Program-made: the position numbers and the translations under genes
Notes under the pieces: generated by a model
What the model saw: only the letters and a program-made list of their open reading frames with translations
The model's database searches: none
Told to the model about the DNA's origin: nothing
Shown here: positions 28,158 through 37,266 of the stretch, in pieces
Layout of the letters: every line of letters begins with the position of its first letter
Numbering within the stretch: position 1 is the first letter of the stretch
NCBI GenBank assembly: GCA_049516875.1
Contig: JBEKSS010000011.1
Coordinates: forward strand, 32,001-96,000
DNA length: 64,000 nt
Reading direction: 5' to 3'
DNA from: Candidatus Bathyarchaeia archaeon
GTDB lineage: Archaea; Thermoproteota; Bathyarchaeia; Bathyarchaeales; Bathycorpusculaceae

Positions 28158-29159
28158 TCAGTAACCTTTCTCGTGTATAAGGAGAGCTTCTTCGACCTTG
28201 GATTTGTCAAGAGAGCAGAGATAATGTTCGCAATACTTTGTCAGCAATTCGTGTGCGTTCTTGAGCTTCTTGAATTTCTCTTCAGCAAGAGGGTCGTCTG
28301 GGTGGAGGTCTGGGTGACATTCGCGCGCGAGTAGATTATATGCTGAGTTTACTTCGGACATGCTTGTTTCCTGACTAAGATCCAAGATTCTTCGTGCTTC
28401 TTCTATAGCCTTGAAATCTATCTTTTTCATTTCAATGTTTACGAAATTGTATGGCGGCAAAGGACTGATGCTCATGAATTCAAGTTTCCCCTTGTACTTT
28501 CTTTCCAATTCCTCTAATCCATCATTAAATTCTTGTTCTTGTCTCTTGTCGACCAAAAAAGAAGCGCTCATTAAGGTGTCTTGATCAAGGATTTTGCTTT
28601 CTTTAAACCCTTCCGCCAAATTCTTCAAAGCGATTTCTATATTCTCCAAGTATTCATTCTTTTTCCTGTCTAGAGCTGACTTAACTTTCCTTCCAAGCTC
28701 AATCTTCAGTGACTGGTCGTTAATCTCCTTTATTTCTCTGCTTAATGCTCGTATTTCTTCATTTTCTTCCAGAATGGATACTAGGATCGATTTGTTCCAT
28801 GAAATCTTGACGTTGATCTGAACTTTGTGGTCTATGTTTTTCAAGATGTGCTGGAATTTCTTTCGAGCTCGTTTCAAAACGTTTCTTATCTCTGTCTCAT
28901 CTTTGGCTACAACGCCGAAACCAATGGGGATTACTGTGTGAGTCTCCATAATTTTCTGCAGTGCCTTTTCGTGGACCCCAGCTTCTTCTATGTCAATCTT
29001 GAAACTTTCAGGGACATCACTAACTGCGGTGCCAATATCTTCGTATCGAACTACAAATACCTCGCTGTTGTCAATACCAATGCAGCCGAAGCTCTCTTCA
29101 TTTGCTGATCCTACAATTCCATAGACATATTTTCTCGTCTTATCCATACTTTTCTTCAC
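28158..29159 (-). CDS. GvpF/GvpL-family protein fused to a C-terminal J-domain
   Basis: KYVYGIV, HEKALQKIM..TVIPIGFG, SPLPPYNFV; then EARRILDL..VNSAYNLLARECHPD..AEEKFKKLKNAHELL. Confidence 0.88.
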   Translation of the reverse strand: MKKSMDKTRKYVYGIVGSANEESFGCIGIDNSEVFVVRYEDIGTAVSDVPESFKIDIEEAGVHEKALQKIMETHTVIPIGFGVVAKDETEIRNVLKRARKKFQHILKNIDHKVQINVKISWNKSILVSILEENEEIRALSREIKEINDQSLKIELGRKVKSALDRKKNEYLENIEIALKNLAEGFKESKILDQDTLMSASFLVDKRQEQEFNDGLEELERKYKGKLEFMSISPLPPYNFVNIEMKKIDFKAIEEARRILDLSQETSMSEVNSAYNLLARECHPDLHPDDPLAEEKFKKLKNAHELLTKYCEHYLCSLDKSKVEEALLIHEKGY

Positions 29160-29749
29160 CTCATTTCATTTTTGCAATCTTTCTTGCGATTGAGCGAGGC
29201 GAGCAAGGCATTTCCAATTGCTTCCTTGAACTCTCCGATTTCTGAAACATAGACGCGGCCTACTTCGCCGCCAGTGAACTGAAAATAAAGTTCATCACGC
29301 TCTGTTTTGAAGTGAGTTTCCTTTTGCACAATAAGTCCCTCTATCTTATCTAAAGGTGCCTCAAAAACAATCTCGGTAGGCTCTTTCCTCCAAAGGAAGA
29401 GCCTGTTGTTCGTAAGATACCATAGGCCTGGCTTCCACGTGTTCACGATGCCTTGATTGCTCCAGACCGATCCAAAGGCTTTGATTACTATTTCCTCATC
29501 CATGGTTAGCGGCACTGCCACTTTTTTCGCGTATTCTTTCTCATACCATTCCCTTGTGCGCTTGTCCCACGCTTCCATCATCCCATATTCAATCATGGTC
29601 TCTATACCTGCGATTGCCGCCTTCAAGTTCACCCCTAACAGTGGAACGCCTGCAATAGATATGATCAGGTCTGCGTTCAGGACTAGCCCATTGTCTAACA
29701 ATTTCTGTAGAATGTCGTTGATGTCACATTCTCGGTGGCTAGGTCTCAT
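29156..29749 (-). CDS. GvpA/J/M-family protein with C-terminal PH/GRAM-like domain
   Basis: DILQKLLDNGLVLNADLIISIAGVPLLGVNLKAAIAGIETM; C-terminal GLWYLTNNRLFL. Confidence 0.8.
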   Translation of the reverse strand: MRPSHRECDINDILQKLLDNGLVLNADLIISIAGVPLLGVNLKAAIAGIETMIEYGMMEAWDKRTREWYEKEYAKKVAVPLTMDEEIVIKAFGSVWSNQGIVNTWKPGLWYLTNNRLFLWRKEPTEIVFEAPLDKIEGLIVQKETHFKTERDELYFQFTGGEVGRVYVSEIGEFKEAIGNALLASLNRKKDCKNEMR

Positions 29750-29751
29750 TC

Positions 29752-30582
29752 TCAGATTTCCCCAAGTTTGACAAAACTAAATGGTGCCCATGGACCAGTG
29801 AAGCGAACCGCATAACCTTCTTGACCTATTTTACCGAGTGCTTGGCCGAGACCCTTGATGTTATCCTCGTGGACCAGGCAGGAAAACGCTGCAACTAGTT
29901 TCTCGTCTTTATAGTTCTCTGGTAAATGTGAAACTCTTCTCTCAATTTCCATTTCTTCAACGTGTTCTTCTATCTGGAAAGCGAACTCTTCGGCCAGTTT
30001 GGCTCGCGTTGCATTACAAGCATCGTTTAGTTTTAGTTCAAGCTTTCGACGAAAAAGGTATCCAGCTCGTTCAGGCATCTTGCTTGTTTTCTCTTTCAGT
30101 TCCCTTAGGGCTTGATCTTCAGCCAAGACTCTTTCCACTAGCCTCTCTTCGTCGGAGAAGATCTGAACCACATATTCTGCTCTTTGGCTGAGCCGTTCAA
30201 GCTCATGCTTGAATTTCTCATGGCACCTTCTCAGCCAGTCTTTGACGGTAATGTCACTACCCTTGACAATGGTGTCAAAAGAAAAAGGAATTACAGTGCC
30301 AAAATGCTCTGTGGCTCCATCGACTACATCATTGTGACTTAGAACCCACTCCATGACTTTTTTTGCGTCCTTTGACTGGTATGGCTGGCTTTGACAAGCA
30401 TGCACTACTGCTGCAACATCCTCGTGGGGAACTGTGTAGACTTCGGCTTTCGCTATTCCTATGTTACCCAAGCTCAGCTTGGCGGCGCCGTTGACGACAC
30501 AGTATACGTATCTTCCTTCTGCAAGCTCAGTTTCTCCGAGGAGCTTTGTTTCTTTCATGCTTTTTTCATCTCCTTTTCCCAT
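29752..30582 (-). CDS. gvpL: Gas vesicle protein GvpL/F
   Basis: GRYVYCVV, HNDVVD, TVIPFSFDTI, VRFTGPWAPFSFV. Confidence 0.85.
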   Translation of the reverse strand: MGKGDEKSMKETKLLGETELAEGRYVYCVVNGAAKLSLGNIGIAKAEVYTVPHEDVAAVVHACQSQPYQSKDAKKVMEWVLSHNDVVDGATEHFGTVIPFSFDTIVKGSDITVKDWLRRCHEKFKHELERLSQRAEYVVQIFSDEERLVERVLAEDQALRELKEKTSKMPERAGYLFRRKLELKLNDACNATRAKLAEEFAFQIEEHVEEMEIERRVSHLPENYKDEKLVAAFSCLVHEDNIKGLGQALGKIGQEGYAVRFTGPWAPFSFVKLGEI

Positions 30583-30860
30583 CTTTCTGGGTTTAGAAAT
30601 ACGTCGGTTACTTCAGAAAGGCCATCAATTACAGAATCTACGACATCTTGAATGTCGTTCTCTTTCTTTATGTGGTTCAATGCCTCGTTAAGGTCGGCTA
30701 GGGCTTCGCTGAGCCTTGCTTCTTCTTCAGCAGTCAACCTACCACTCTCAATTCGCCTTAGGGCTTGCCTCTCAAGAGCTTCTTCTATTATTTCAGCTAG
30801 AGCAACTACGAGCCCTAACAAGCCTTGTTTGAGGTTGCCTTCATCAACCTTGATTACCAT
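30555..30860 (-). CDS. gvpK: Gas vesicle protein GvpK
   Basis: GLLGLVVALAEIIEEALERQALRRIESGRLT. Confidence 0.9.
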   Translation of the reverse strand: MVIKVDEGNLKQGLLGLVVALAEIIEEALERQALRRIESGRLTAEEEARLSEALADLNEALNHIKKENDIQDVVDSVIDGLSEVTDVFLNPERWEKEMKKA

Positions 30861-31410
30861 GTCTTCTCACCGCTTTTTTCAGTACAACTTCTAAAACGCC
30901 GTTGTTAACTGTCTTTTTCATATTTCCTTCAACAGCGCTTGTAAGCAAGACTTCTTGATGATATTTTTTTCCAGCTATTATGAGGAAACTGTCTTTGATT
31001 TCAAGTTTGATGTCTTCTTCTTGCAGGGGTATTGAAGCTGTTACCCTTAGAGTATCCTTTTCGTCGTGGAGGTCGAATGATTTGCCGTTGGGTATATATT
31101 CTGTTAGTTCTTCGTTCAGCCACCACGAAAAAGTGATTTTTTCGCCTGTTAATGGATCAAGTTTGGAAGGCTCAAAAATGATGAGAGGCTGCCCCGTAGT
31201 CTCTTGAACCTTTGGATTAATGACCTCCCTTATTTTGACCAAGACTTCCATGTCGGAAGAGGCATTGATAAGATCTGCCAGTTTTCTGATCCCTGCATGT
31301 CTCTCTTTTAGAAGATAAATTAGGATCTGGACGCTCTTCTGGTCTAGCGGGTTCATGGCTTGATTCGTGTTCGTCGAGTCTAAGTGTGAACTTGATGGTT
31401 TCCAAGTCAT
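30844..31410 (-). CDS. wHTH-like + Hsp20-like (GvpH-like) protein
   Basis: C-terminal alpha-crystallin signature VNNGVLEVVL. Confidence 0.65.
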   Translation of the reverse strand: MTWKPSSSHLDSTNTNQAMNPLDQKSVQILIYLLKERHAGIRKLADLINASSDMEVLVKIREVINPKVQETTGQPLIIFEPSKLDPLTGEKITFSWWLNEELTEYIPNGKSFDLHDEKDTLRVTASIPLQEEDIKLEIKDSFLIIAGKKYHQEVLLTSAVEGNMKKTVNNGVLEVVLKKAVRRHGNQG

Positions 31411-31440
31411 TCTTGTCGCCTCAGTTGGCTAGAGCCTCAA

Positions 31441-31851
31441 TTAGGTGAGCTTCACTTTCACTAATGCTTCTTCTTTCGTGATGGCGCTTGCGCTTTTCCA
31501 TCCACACCATGGACACTGATCATCGAGGAGTTGCTCTTTCTCCACGATTTTGTTGCATTGTGGACACCGTTCGTTGTCTTTTGTGGCTTCTTTCCACGCT
31601 TTTGTCTCTAGGTTTGTGCCAGATGGAAACTCTAAACCATATCTTGCTGCAGTCTCGAAAGAGGCTAACGCAGCTCTTATTTTGATTCCAAGTAGTTCAA
31701 CGCCGGCAACAGATACGGCGATGTCAGCATTGATGACTAACCCTTTGTCTAGAATCCTGTCTATGGCATCTGCCAAACCTCCAGAAGAATTTTCCTTCTG
31801 AGGCGTTAATGTTGTCATCTCTTCTTCCCCGACGGATCTAAGGTTCACCAT
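31441..31851 (-). CDS. gvpJ: Gas vesicle protein GvpJ with C-terminal zinc ribbon
   Basis: LADAIDRILDKGLVINADIAVSVAGVELLGIKIRAALASFETAARYGL; CPQC...CPWC. Confidence 0.88.
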   Translation of the reverse strand: MVNLRSVGEEEMTTLTPQKENSSGGLADAIDRILDKGLVINADIAVSVAGVELLGIKIRAALASFETAARYGLEFPSGTNLETKAWKEATKDNERCPQCNKIVEKEQLLDDQCPWCGWKSASAITKEEALVKVKLT

Positions 31852-31972
31852 ATAGCATGGGTCTCCATATCTCTTGAAATTCTGTGATCTGAATCAATTT
31901 TAGGCGTTTTTCTGCTTGGCCTAAGGTACACAATAGCGTTAACCTCGGTTTCTACGTTGTGTGATTTCAATG

Positions 31973-32013
31973 TACATAAGCAATATTCAAAAACCCGATA
32001 CGAAATTTGTTTC
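31973..32013 (-). promoter_or_regulatory. gvpJ-operon promoter with palindromic upstream site
   Basis: GATACGAA-A-TTTGTTTC (31997-32013); on minus, 6 nt later TTGAATAT and TATA-like CTTATGTA. Confidence 0.7.
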
Positions 32014-32243
32014 GAAAATTGATAACCTCTTGCCGGATTGTCTCCTTCGTTGGTATCCATTCAAAAACGGTGACAACAATAAGCTCCACATCTTTTGCTC
32101 GTATGATAAGCCTCCATTTCTGCATCTTCTATCGTTTCGTTTAGAAAAAGTTGCAGCTTCCCTTGCATCCGTTGCGATTATGTACCCCAGCATGCTGTAG
32201 AGGAGACGACTTGGTTCGCTTCTTCTAAGTTGTTTTCATTATT

Positions 32244-32531
32244 CTATTCTGGTATCATCTTCTTTTTGAGGTCTTTTCTGTTCCTAAGATTGCTTATCTT
32301 TTGTTGCTGGTTTAATTCCCTATTTTTGCTTTCGTATTCCTCTTTTGTTGTTTCACCCAGTTCGTAGAGCAATCTGTTCTCTTTTACTTTGTCGTTAATT
32401 CTTCGTTGGATCTCCTCATATCTTGCATCCTCAACGTAATTCGTGATTGTTTCCAGCAGCCAGAGTGTATCAAATGGCGGTACTGATATGCCGAGTGTTC
32501 GAAGCAAAATGTCATCTATTAGAAACGGCAT
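32244..32531 (-). CDS. gvpG: Gas vesicle protein GvpG
   Basis: MPFLIDDILL; LLYELGETTKEEY; follows gvpF. Confidence 0.8.
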   Translation of the reverse strand: MPFLIDDILLRTLGISVPPFDTLWLLETITNYVEDARYEEIQRRINDKVKENRLLYELGETTKEEYESKNRELNQQQKISNLRNRKDLKKKMIPE

Positions 32532-33247
32532 TAGTTCACATGTTTTTTGTTGATTTCGATGCCTTGGGCTCCGATTTTTATGTAAACGAAATTGTGTGGG
32601 GGCCAGGGGCCGCTATAAAGAAGCTTCAGCATGGGATATTTTTCCTGCAAACTTGCCACTTTGTCTGAAAATGCATCAATATCTCCTTTCTTGACCAGAA
32701 AAGATGTGTTTAGAATCAGTCTGTTGGTGAACAAGTTGCCTACGACTGATTGTTTTGCCACGGTGTTTAGTGTCCCTAAGATGTCTGATATGCATTCCTT
32801 TCTTTTTTCAGGGTCAGTAAACCCGATGTCTGAGTTTAGAACAGCCTTCACCCCTAGCTCAATCATGTTATCAACTAGCTGTAGGCATTTTCTAGTTGGA
32901 TCATAAGACTTTGTCAACAAGTGTTTCAATATTTTTTCGTTTTTTATCGTCGTTCCATATTCCACCGGTATGACTGTGTATCTCTCCATTATCTGTCTCA
33001 AGACTTCTATATGCCTCCGTGTATTGTCTTCAGTAATCTCATAATCCTTCATAGGCAAATCGCTAACTAGGGCCGCGATGTCTCTATAAGGAATCGCGTG
33101 GACCTCGTCACCGTTCATTCCTATGTGCCCAAAACTTTTTCCTTCGTTACACAGTATCACGCCATAGAAATATTTTCCTTGTTCGTTTCCTCTCCCCTCT
33201 TTTCGCTCGGACCTCTTGGCAAGCTCTGCGCATTCTTCGCTTGTCAC
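32531..33247 (-). CDS. gvpF: Gas vesicle protein GvpF
   Basis: KYFYGVI, HIEVLRQIM..TVIPVEYG, SGPWPPHNFV. Confidence 0.88.
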   Translation of the reverse strand: MTSEECAELAKRSERKEGRGNEQGKYFYGVILCNEGKSFGHIGMNGDEVHAIPYRDIAALVSDLPMKDYEITEDNTRRHIEVLRQIMERYTVIPVEYGTTIKNEKILKHLLTKSYDPTRKCLQLVDNMIELGVKAVLNSDIGFTDPEKRKECISDILGTLNTVAKQSVVGNLFTNRLILNTSFLVKKGDIDAFSDKVASLQEKYPMLKLLYSGPWPPHNFVYIKIGAQGIEINKKHVN

Positions 33248-33248
33248 T

Positions 33249-34082
33249 TCAATCTGTCTCCTTGACGATTTGTTCCGCCATTAGGTAGTTGGCCAGTAGC
33301 TTACGAGCTTGAATGCGCTCCTCAATTATGTTTTTTATTTTCAATTCTGCGTCTCTTGCAGGGGCATACCTTTTTGCTTTGCCATCCTTGCCAGAAGTTA
33401 ACAAACCCCTATCTCTTAATGACTGAAGGAGAGGATAGATTGTTCCTGGGCTAAGTAGCACGTTGAATTCCAGATGTATAGTTCCTATTATTTCAGTTCC
33501 ACACATGTTTTTCCTTTGAAGCAGGGCAAGAATTATGGTCTCAAGATTATCTTTCACCATTTCTTCGACGGAGTCGCATGATAACCTAGATTTGTCAATG
33601 AAATTTCCAGATAGCATTGTTATGTCGCTTGTTGTTAGTTGAAGGTGATTGTGGTATGCTGCAAATCGTCTAATTGTGTCGGAATCAAGTCTAGTAACCT
33701 CATATGTGCACAGACAGCGTAGAGGCTGCTTCTTGCCCAGCTCGTTTATGTAGTGTTCCCTTTCTGTGATTTCTTGGTCTTCTTGGTCAAGCATCGATCC
33801 AGCGTCTATGATTACGCGTAGCTTGCAGTTTCCCTTGTTTTCAAGGTCTCTAAGTTCTTCTGGTTTGATGATTCCTAACTCAACGTTCATGAACTTGAAT
33901 TCTTTGATAAGTGATGCGGGATCGTCTCTAGTTACATATACTGCCCTTTCATCTTTTCTCATAAAAACCAAAAAAGCTCTTTGAATTTCGTATTTATCCA
34001 CTTTCGACGTGTATAGGTGGAGGGTATGGTCTAAGCCTTCAAGACTTGTATTGGACCGTGGCTTCAAATTGACCGACTCCAT
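33249..34082 (-). CDS. MEDS-like sensor domain + GvpE-like PadR regulator
   Basis: HTLHLY...CLCTY (MEDS-like); LETIILALL..CGTEII..LLSPGTIYPLL resembles haloarchaeal GvpE. Confidence 0.75.
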   Translation of the reverse strand: MESVNLKPRSNTSLEGLDHTLHLYTSKVDKYEIQRAFLVFMRKDERAVYVTRDDPASLIKEFKFMNVELGIIKPEELRDLENKGNCKLRVIIDAGSMLDQEDQEITEREHYINELGKKQPLRCLCTYEVTRLDSDTIRRFAAYHNHLQLTTSDITMLSGNFIDKSRLSCDSVEEMVKDNLETIILALLQRKNMCGTEIIGTIHLEFNVLLSPGTIYPLLQSLRDRGLLTSGKDGKAKRYAPARDAELKIKNIIEERIQARKLLANYLMAEQIVKETD

Positions 34083-34124
34083 ACCCTCTCATCTTATCAA
34101 TAACAATTGTGTGATCCAGAGTAG

Positions 34125-34409
34125 TTACCTGTATCTCTCTGCTTTTCTGTTAAGTTTCGCTGTTCTTGTGCCCCATTTCGCCTTCCGTGCTAAGTCTTTA
34201 CATGCTCTTCTTCTCTCTAGCAAATCCACGCTTCTTATCGTTTCAATTACTGTTTCGGAGTTTGTTTTGGAATGCTGCATGGCGTGATCCTTTTGAAGTC
34301 TCATACTTCCCTCCATTCTTCGTCTTGATTCCAGGTCACGGGAGGATTTTGCTCCCATCAAGTGAAAGTAGCTATTTAGACTTCTCTGCCACGAGCTTCG
34401 TCTTCCCAT
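34125..34409 (-). CDS. Small basic hypothetical protein in the gvp operon
   Basis: Fills the gap between gvpO and the regulator; Arg/Lys-rich. Confidence 0.45.
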   Translation of the reverse strand: MGRRSSWQRSLNSYFHLMGAKSSRDLESRRRMEGSMRLQKDHAMQHSKTNSETVIETIRSVDLLERRRACKDLARKAKWGTRTAKLNRKAERYR

Positions 34410-34420
34410 AATTACGTCCC

Positions 34421-34720
34421 TTAGCTAGTTTCTGTCTCGGTTTCAGAGGGCGATACCTTGTCACATCGTCTTCTAATGACCTTCTGTGTCCAGCCGATTA
34501 ACGCGCCGTTCTTGTTGAGTCTAATCTCGTATCTTCCCAGAAGATCCTGCGAGTCCGGTATGGACCTTCTCTCCAACACTTCAACAGTTATTCTCCATTC
34601 TCCCTCTAGTTGTTCGACACTTAAGATGGCTTCTGGTTCTTTACGTATGTACTTCTTTGCAATGGCAAATGCCCGATCGGTGACCTCTTCTATTGACACG
34701 CTAGTTTTCTCTGCCATCAT
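34421..34720 (-). CDS. gvpO: Gas vesicle protein GvpO
   Basis: WRITVEVLERRSIPDSQDLLGRYEIRL. Confidence 0.9.
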   Translation of the reverse strand: MMAEKTSVSIEEVTDRAFAIAKKYIRKEPEAILSVEQLEGEWRITVEVLERRSIPDSQDLLGRYEIRLNKNGALIGWTQKVIRRRCDKVSPSETETETS

Positions 34721-34801
34721 TCCATATTTCCCCCAAGGGATAAGAATGTGGAATTAATTCCCAAGCCTGAAAATTGTTTATCTCCATTCTGAACCGTGTC
34801 A

Positions 34802-35830
34802 TTACGTGTTTTCATTTTGAGAATCTCCATAGGCTTCTTTGATTACAGTCTGTATGAGGTCACTTTTCTTCAATAGTTCTTTTTGGTCGCCTATTTTTGT
34901 TGCAAGAACATCCATGTATATTTGTTCAATGTCTTCTTTTGAGCGGTTGCGTCCCAATGCTTTCAGTCCTTGGCAGATCATTATTTCTGCTCTAGTACTT
35001 GGCTTGGAAGGTTCAGGCATCTTTTCCCTGATTGTTCTAATGACTTGTACTACTTTTTCTGCTTCACCAAATGGCAATTGAGTGTGAGCTTGAGCGATCT
35101 TTAGTTCAGTGCCATAGTCGTAGTAGTCCATGTAAATGTTTATCATCCTGTCAAGCAAGGCGTCCTGAGGTTTGTGTATTCCTGCATATTCTATGGAGTT
35201 GCTTGTTAAGATTATCGCGAAATCTGGATGGACCTTGATGTATCTATTATCTCCAAACATTGTCGGGAGTTCGAGAATCTTCTCTTCTAGCACAGAGAGA
35301 AGGACGTTGTTAGCTTCCGGTTTGGATCTGGCGAACTCATTGTAGACCAGTGTGTAGCCGTACTTACACGCTAGGGTCAGGGGGTTGTCTACCCATGAGA
35401 ACTTGGTCCTATCTCTTGCTTTCATGACGTTGTGAATATATTTGTCTCTCACGCTTTCGGCTTCCATTTCTGAGTATCCTCCGATTAAATCTGTTGTTGT
35501 CATTTGTTCGTCGCCGTTGATCCACACAGTGGGTCTTCCCAAATCCTTTGCGACTTCCATTGCCAGTGTTGTTTTTCCGCAACCTGTTGGTCCTACAATC
35601 TGAAGGGGGCATCCTGCATTGACCCAAAGTTTGACTCTGTCCTTCAGCTTCTTAACATGCTCGGTTTCAACAAAATTCTTAACCGTCGGCACTAGAAATT
35701 CTGTCTTCACGCTTCTGACCAAAAGTTCTACGGCATATTCTTCATTTTCCTGTTTTGAAAGTCTCTCTTGCGCTGTCTCATGAATTCTCGTTCCTCTAAC
35801 TTCTCTTTTATGTGCAGATGTGTATTTCAT
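34802..35830 (-). CDS. gvpN: Gas vesicle AAA+ ATPase GvpN
   Basis: GPTGCGKTT, WVDNPLTLAC, YNEFARSKPEANNVLL, EYAGIHKPQDALLDR. Confidence 0.95.
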   Translation of the reverse strand: MKYTSAHKREVRGTRIHETAQERLSKQENEEYAVELLVRSVKTEFLVPTVKNFVETEHVKKLKDRVKLWVNAGCPLQIVGPTGCGKTTLAMEVAKDLGRPTVWINGDEQMTTTDLIGGYSEMEAESVRDKYIHNVMKARDRTKFSWVDNPLTLACKYGYTLVYNEFARSKPEANNVLLSVLEEKILELPTMFGDNRYIKVHPDFAIILTSNSIEYAGIHKPQDALLDRMINIYMDYYDYGTELKIAQAHTQLPFGEAEKVVQVIRTIREKMPEPSKPSTRAEIMICQGLKALGRNRSKEDIEQIYMDVLATKIGDQKELLKKSDLIQTVIKEAYGDSQNENT

Positions 35831-35874
35831 ATTCTAAAACCACACTCTTGTTGAAGAAGAATTTGAGGTATGTT

Positions 35875-35915
35875 TACTTAAGTAATATTCAAGAGATTGA
35901 TACGAATTTTGTGTC
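35875..35915 (-). promoter_or_regulatory. gvpN-operon promoter with palindromic upstream site
   Basis: GATACGAA-T-TTTGTGTC (35899-35915); on minus, 6 nt later TTGAATAT and TATA-like CTTAAGTA. Confidence 0.75.
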
Positions 35916-36164
35916 AGAAATCGTAAGCGCTCGCGCTAATTAATCGGGGCAGCTGATTCTCTTTTGTCACGTACAGAGTACAAGAAAGGAGATTGGAGCT
36001 GCGGAGATGCCATAGAGTCGCTTTATTGAGAAAAGAAGAAGCTATTCAAATAACATTGCATGTATCAAAGGGAGACATGGAAGCTGGCCTCTTCAAGCTA
36101 ACAGAGACAATAAATCAGATTGCAGCGGATTACTGCCAATGTATAAACATTGGAATTGTTTTGG

Positions 36165-36737
36165 TTACGCTTTTTCGCATAGTTTTTTCAATCTAAGTTG
36201 TAGAATATTGTTTCTATAGGTCAAATCTGTTGTGTCTTTGTTGATGCGAGTTGGAAGCCTGACCATCTTAAAATACTTCTTCTCTGTATTTTCCGCCGTT
36301 ATGGTTACAGAGTTTTCATCTGCTTTTACCTTCACGTCTTTCTCGTCTATGCCCGGCAGCTCTGTTAAAACTACCAAGTAGTTTTCTTCTTCAAAAACGT
36401 CGATTGGTGGCTGTCTCTCGTTCATCAAACTGGGTATATGATGGAGTAATTCGAAACTTCGTGTTGCTCCTGGTCTTCTTAATCTTCTTACGACATTAAA
36501 GGAGTCTTTCAATGTCATCGTATTGGAGGTAACTGCTTTCCTTGTTGCGTGCGTTTGTGGGACATAGGTTTGTTCAAAGCGAACGATGTGTCTGCAACCT
36601 CGGCAATGGTCTATGCTGACTCTGTCTCTTTGAGTGCTTCTGATCGAGGGACAGAAAACCCATTCAGCTCCCGCGATACCTCTAACTAAGAGTTTGTTTT
36701 TTCCTCTTCCGAAAGTTGCTCCACAAATCAGCCACAT
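36165..36737 (-). CDS. Hsp20/alpha-crystallin protein with N-terminal Cys cluster
   Basis: IDVFEE...ELPGIDEKDV...YRNNILQLRL; N-terminal FCP...HCRGC. Confidence 0.75.
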   Translation of the reverse strand: MWLICGATFGRGKNKLLVRGIAGAEWVFCPSIRSTQRDRVSIDHCRGCRHIVRFEQTYVPQTHATRKAVTSNTMTLKDSFNVVRRLRRPGATRSFELLHHIPSLMNERQPPIDVFEEENYLVVLTELPGIDEKDVKVKADENSVTITAENTEKKYFKMVRLPTRINKDTTDLTYRNNILQLRLKKLCEKA

Positions 36738-36844
36738 TCAACGTTCACACACGATGGATATGGATATTCAGAAGAGCGTGCATAAGCCATATTTCGCAAT
36801 TTGGAATATTCCGTGGGGTATAGTGCACTGTTGTGTCGATGTTC

Positions 36845-36885
36845 GATACGAAGTCGGTTACGTTCCATTGAATATATCTTAAATA
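36845..36885 (+). promoter_or_regulatory. gvpA promoter with palindromic upstream site
   Basis: GATACGAA-G-TCGGTTAC (36845-36861), 6 nt, TTGAATAT, then CTTAAATA. Confidence 0.65.
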
Positions 36886-36933
36886 GTACTATTCACTACG
36901 TGAGTCATCGTATAACATAAAAAGGTGAAAAAA

Positions 36934-37158
36934 ATGGTTGGACAAACTCCTAACTCGACTAGTTTGGCTGAAGTTCTTGACAGAGTGCTTGACAAAGGAA
37001 TCGTCGTTGACCTTTGGGCCAGAGTCTCACCAGTCGGCATCGAACTCTTGACCATAGAGGCTAGAGTCGTTGTCGCCTCAGTAGACACCTTCCTGCACTA
37101 CGCCGAAGAGATCACGAAGATAGAACAAGCAGCCATCGGAGTACCCGCTACCGCATAA
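36934..37158 (+). CDS. gvpA: Major gas vesicle structural protein GvpA
   Basis: [51 protein letters not shown]. Confidence 0.95.
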   Translation: MVGQTPNSTSLAEVLDRVLDKGIVVDLWARVSPVGIELLTIEARVVVASVDTFLHYAEEITKIEQAAIGVPATA

Positions 37159-37266
37159 GACCAAGGACAGCAAGCGGCCCATATAGGAGATGAAAAAACG
37201 TCTGAAAAACAGGGAAAAGCGGCAAAACATGCGCAAACGGTTGCCAACACTGCAAAAAAGGCACCT

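Noticed and set aside
31845-32200. Short ORFs between gvpG and gvpJ
   Set aside because: No Gvp similarity; the interval is explained by an internal promoter.
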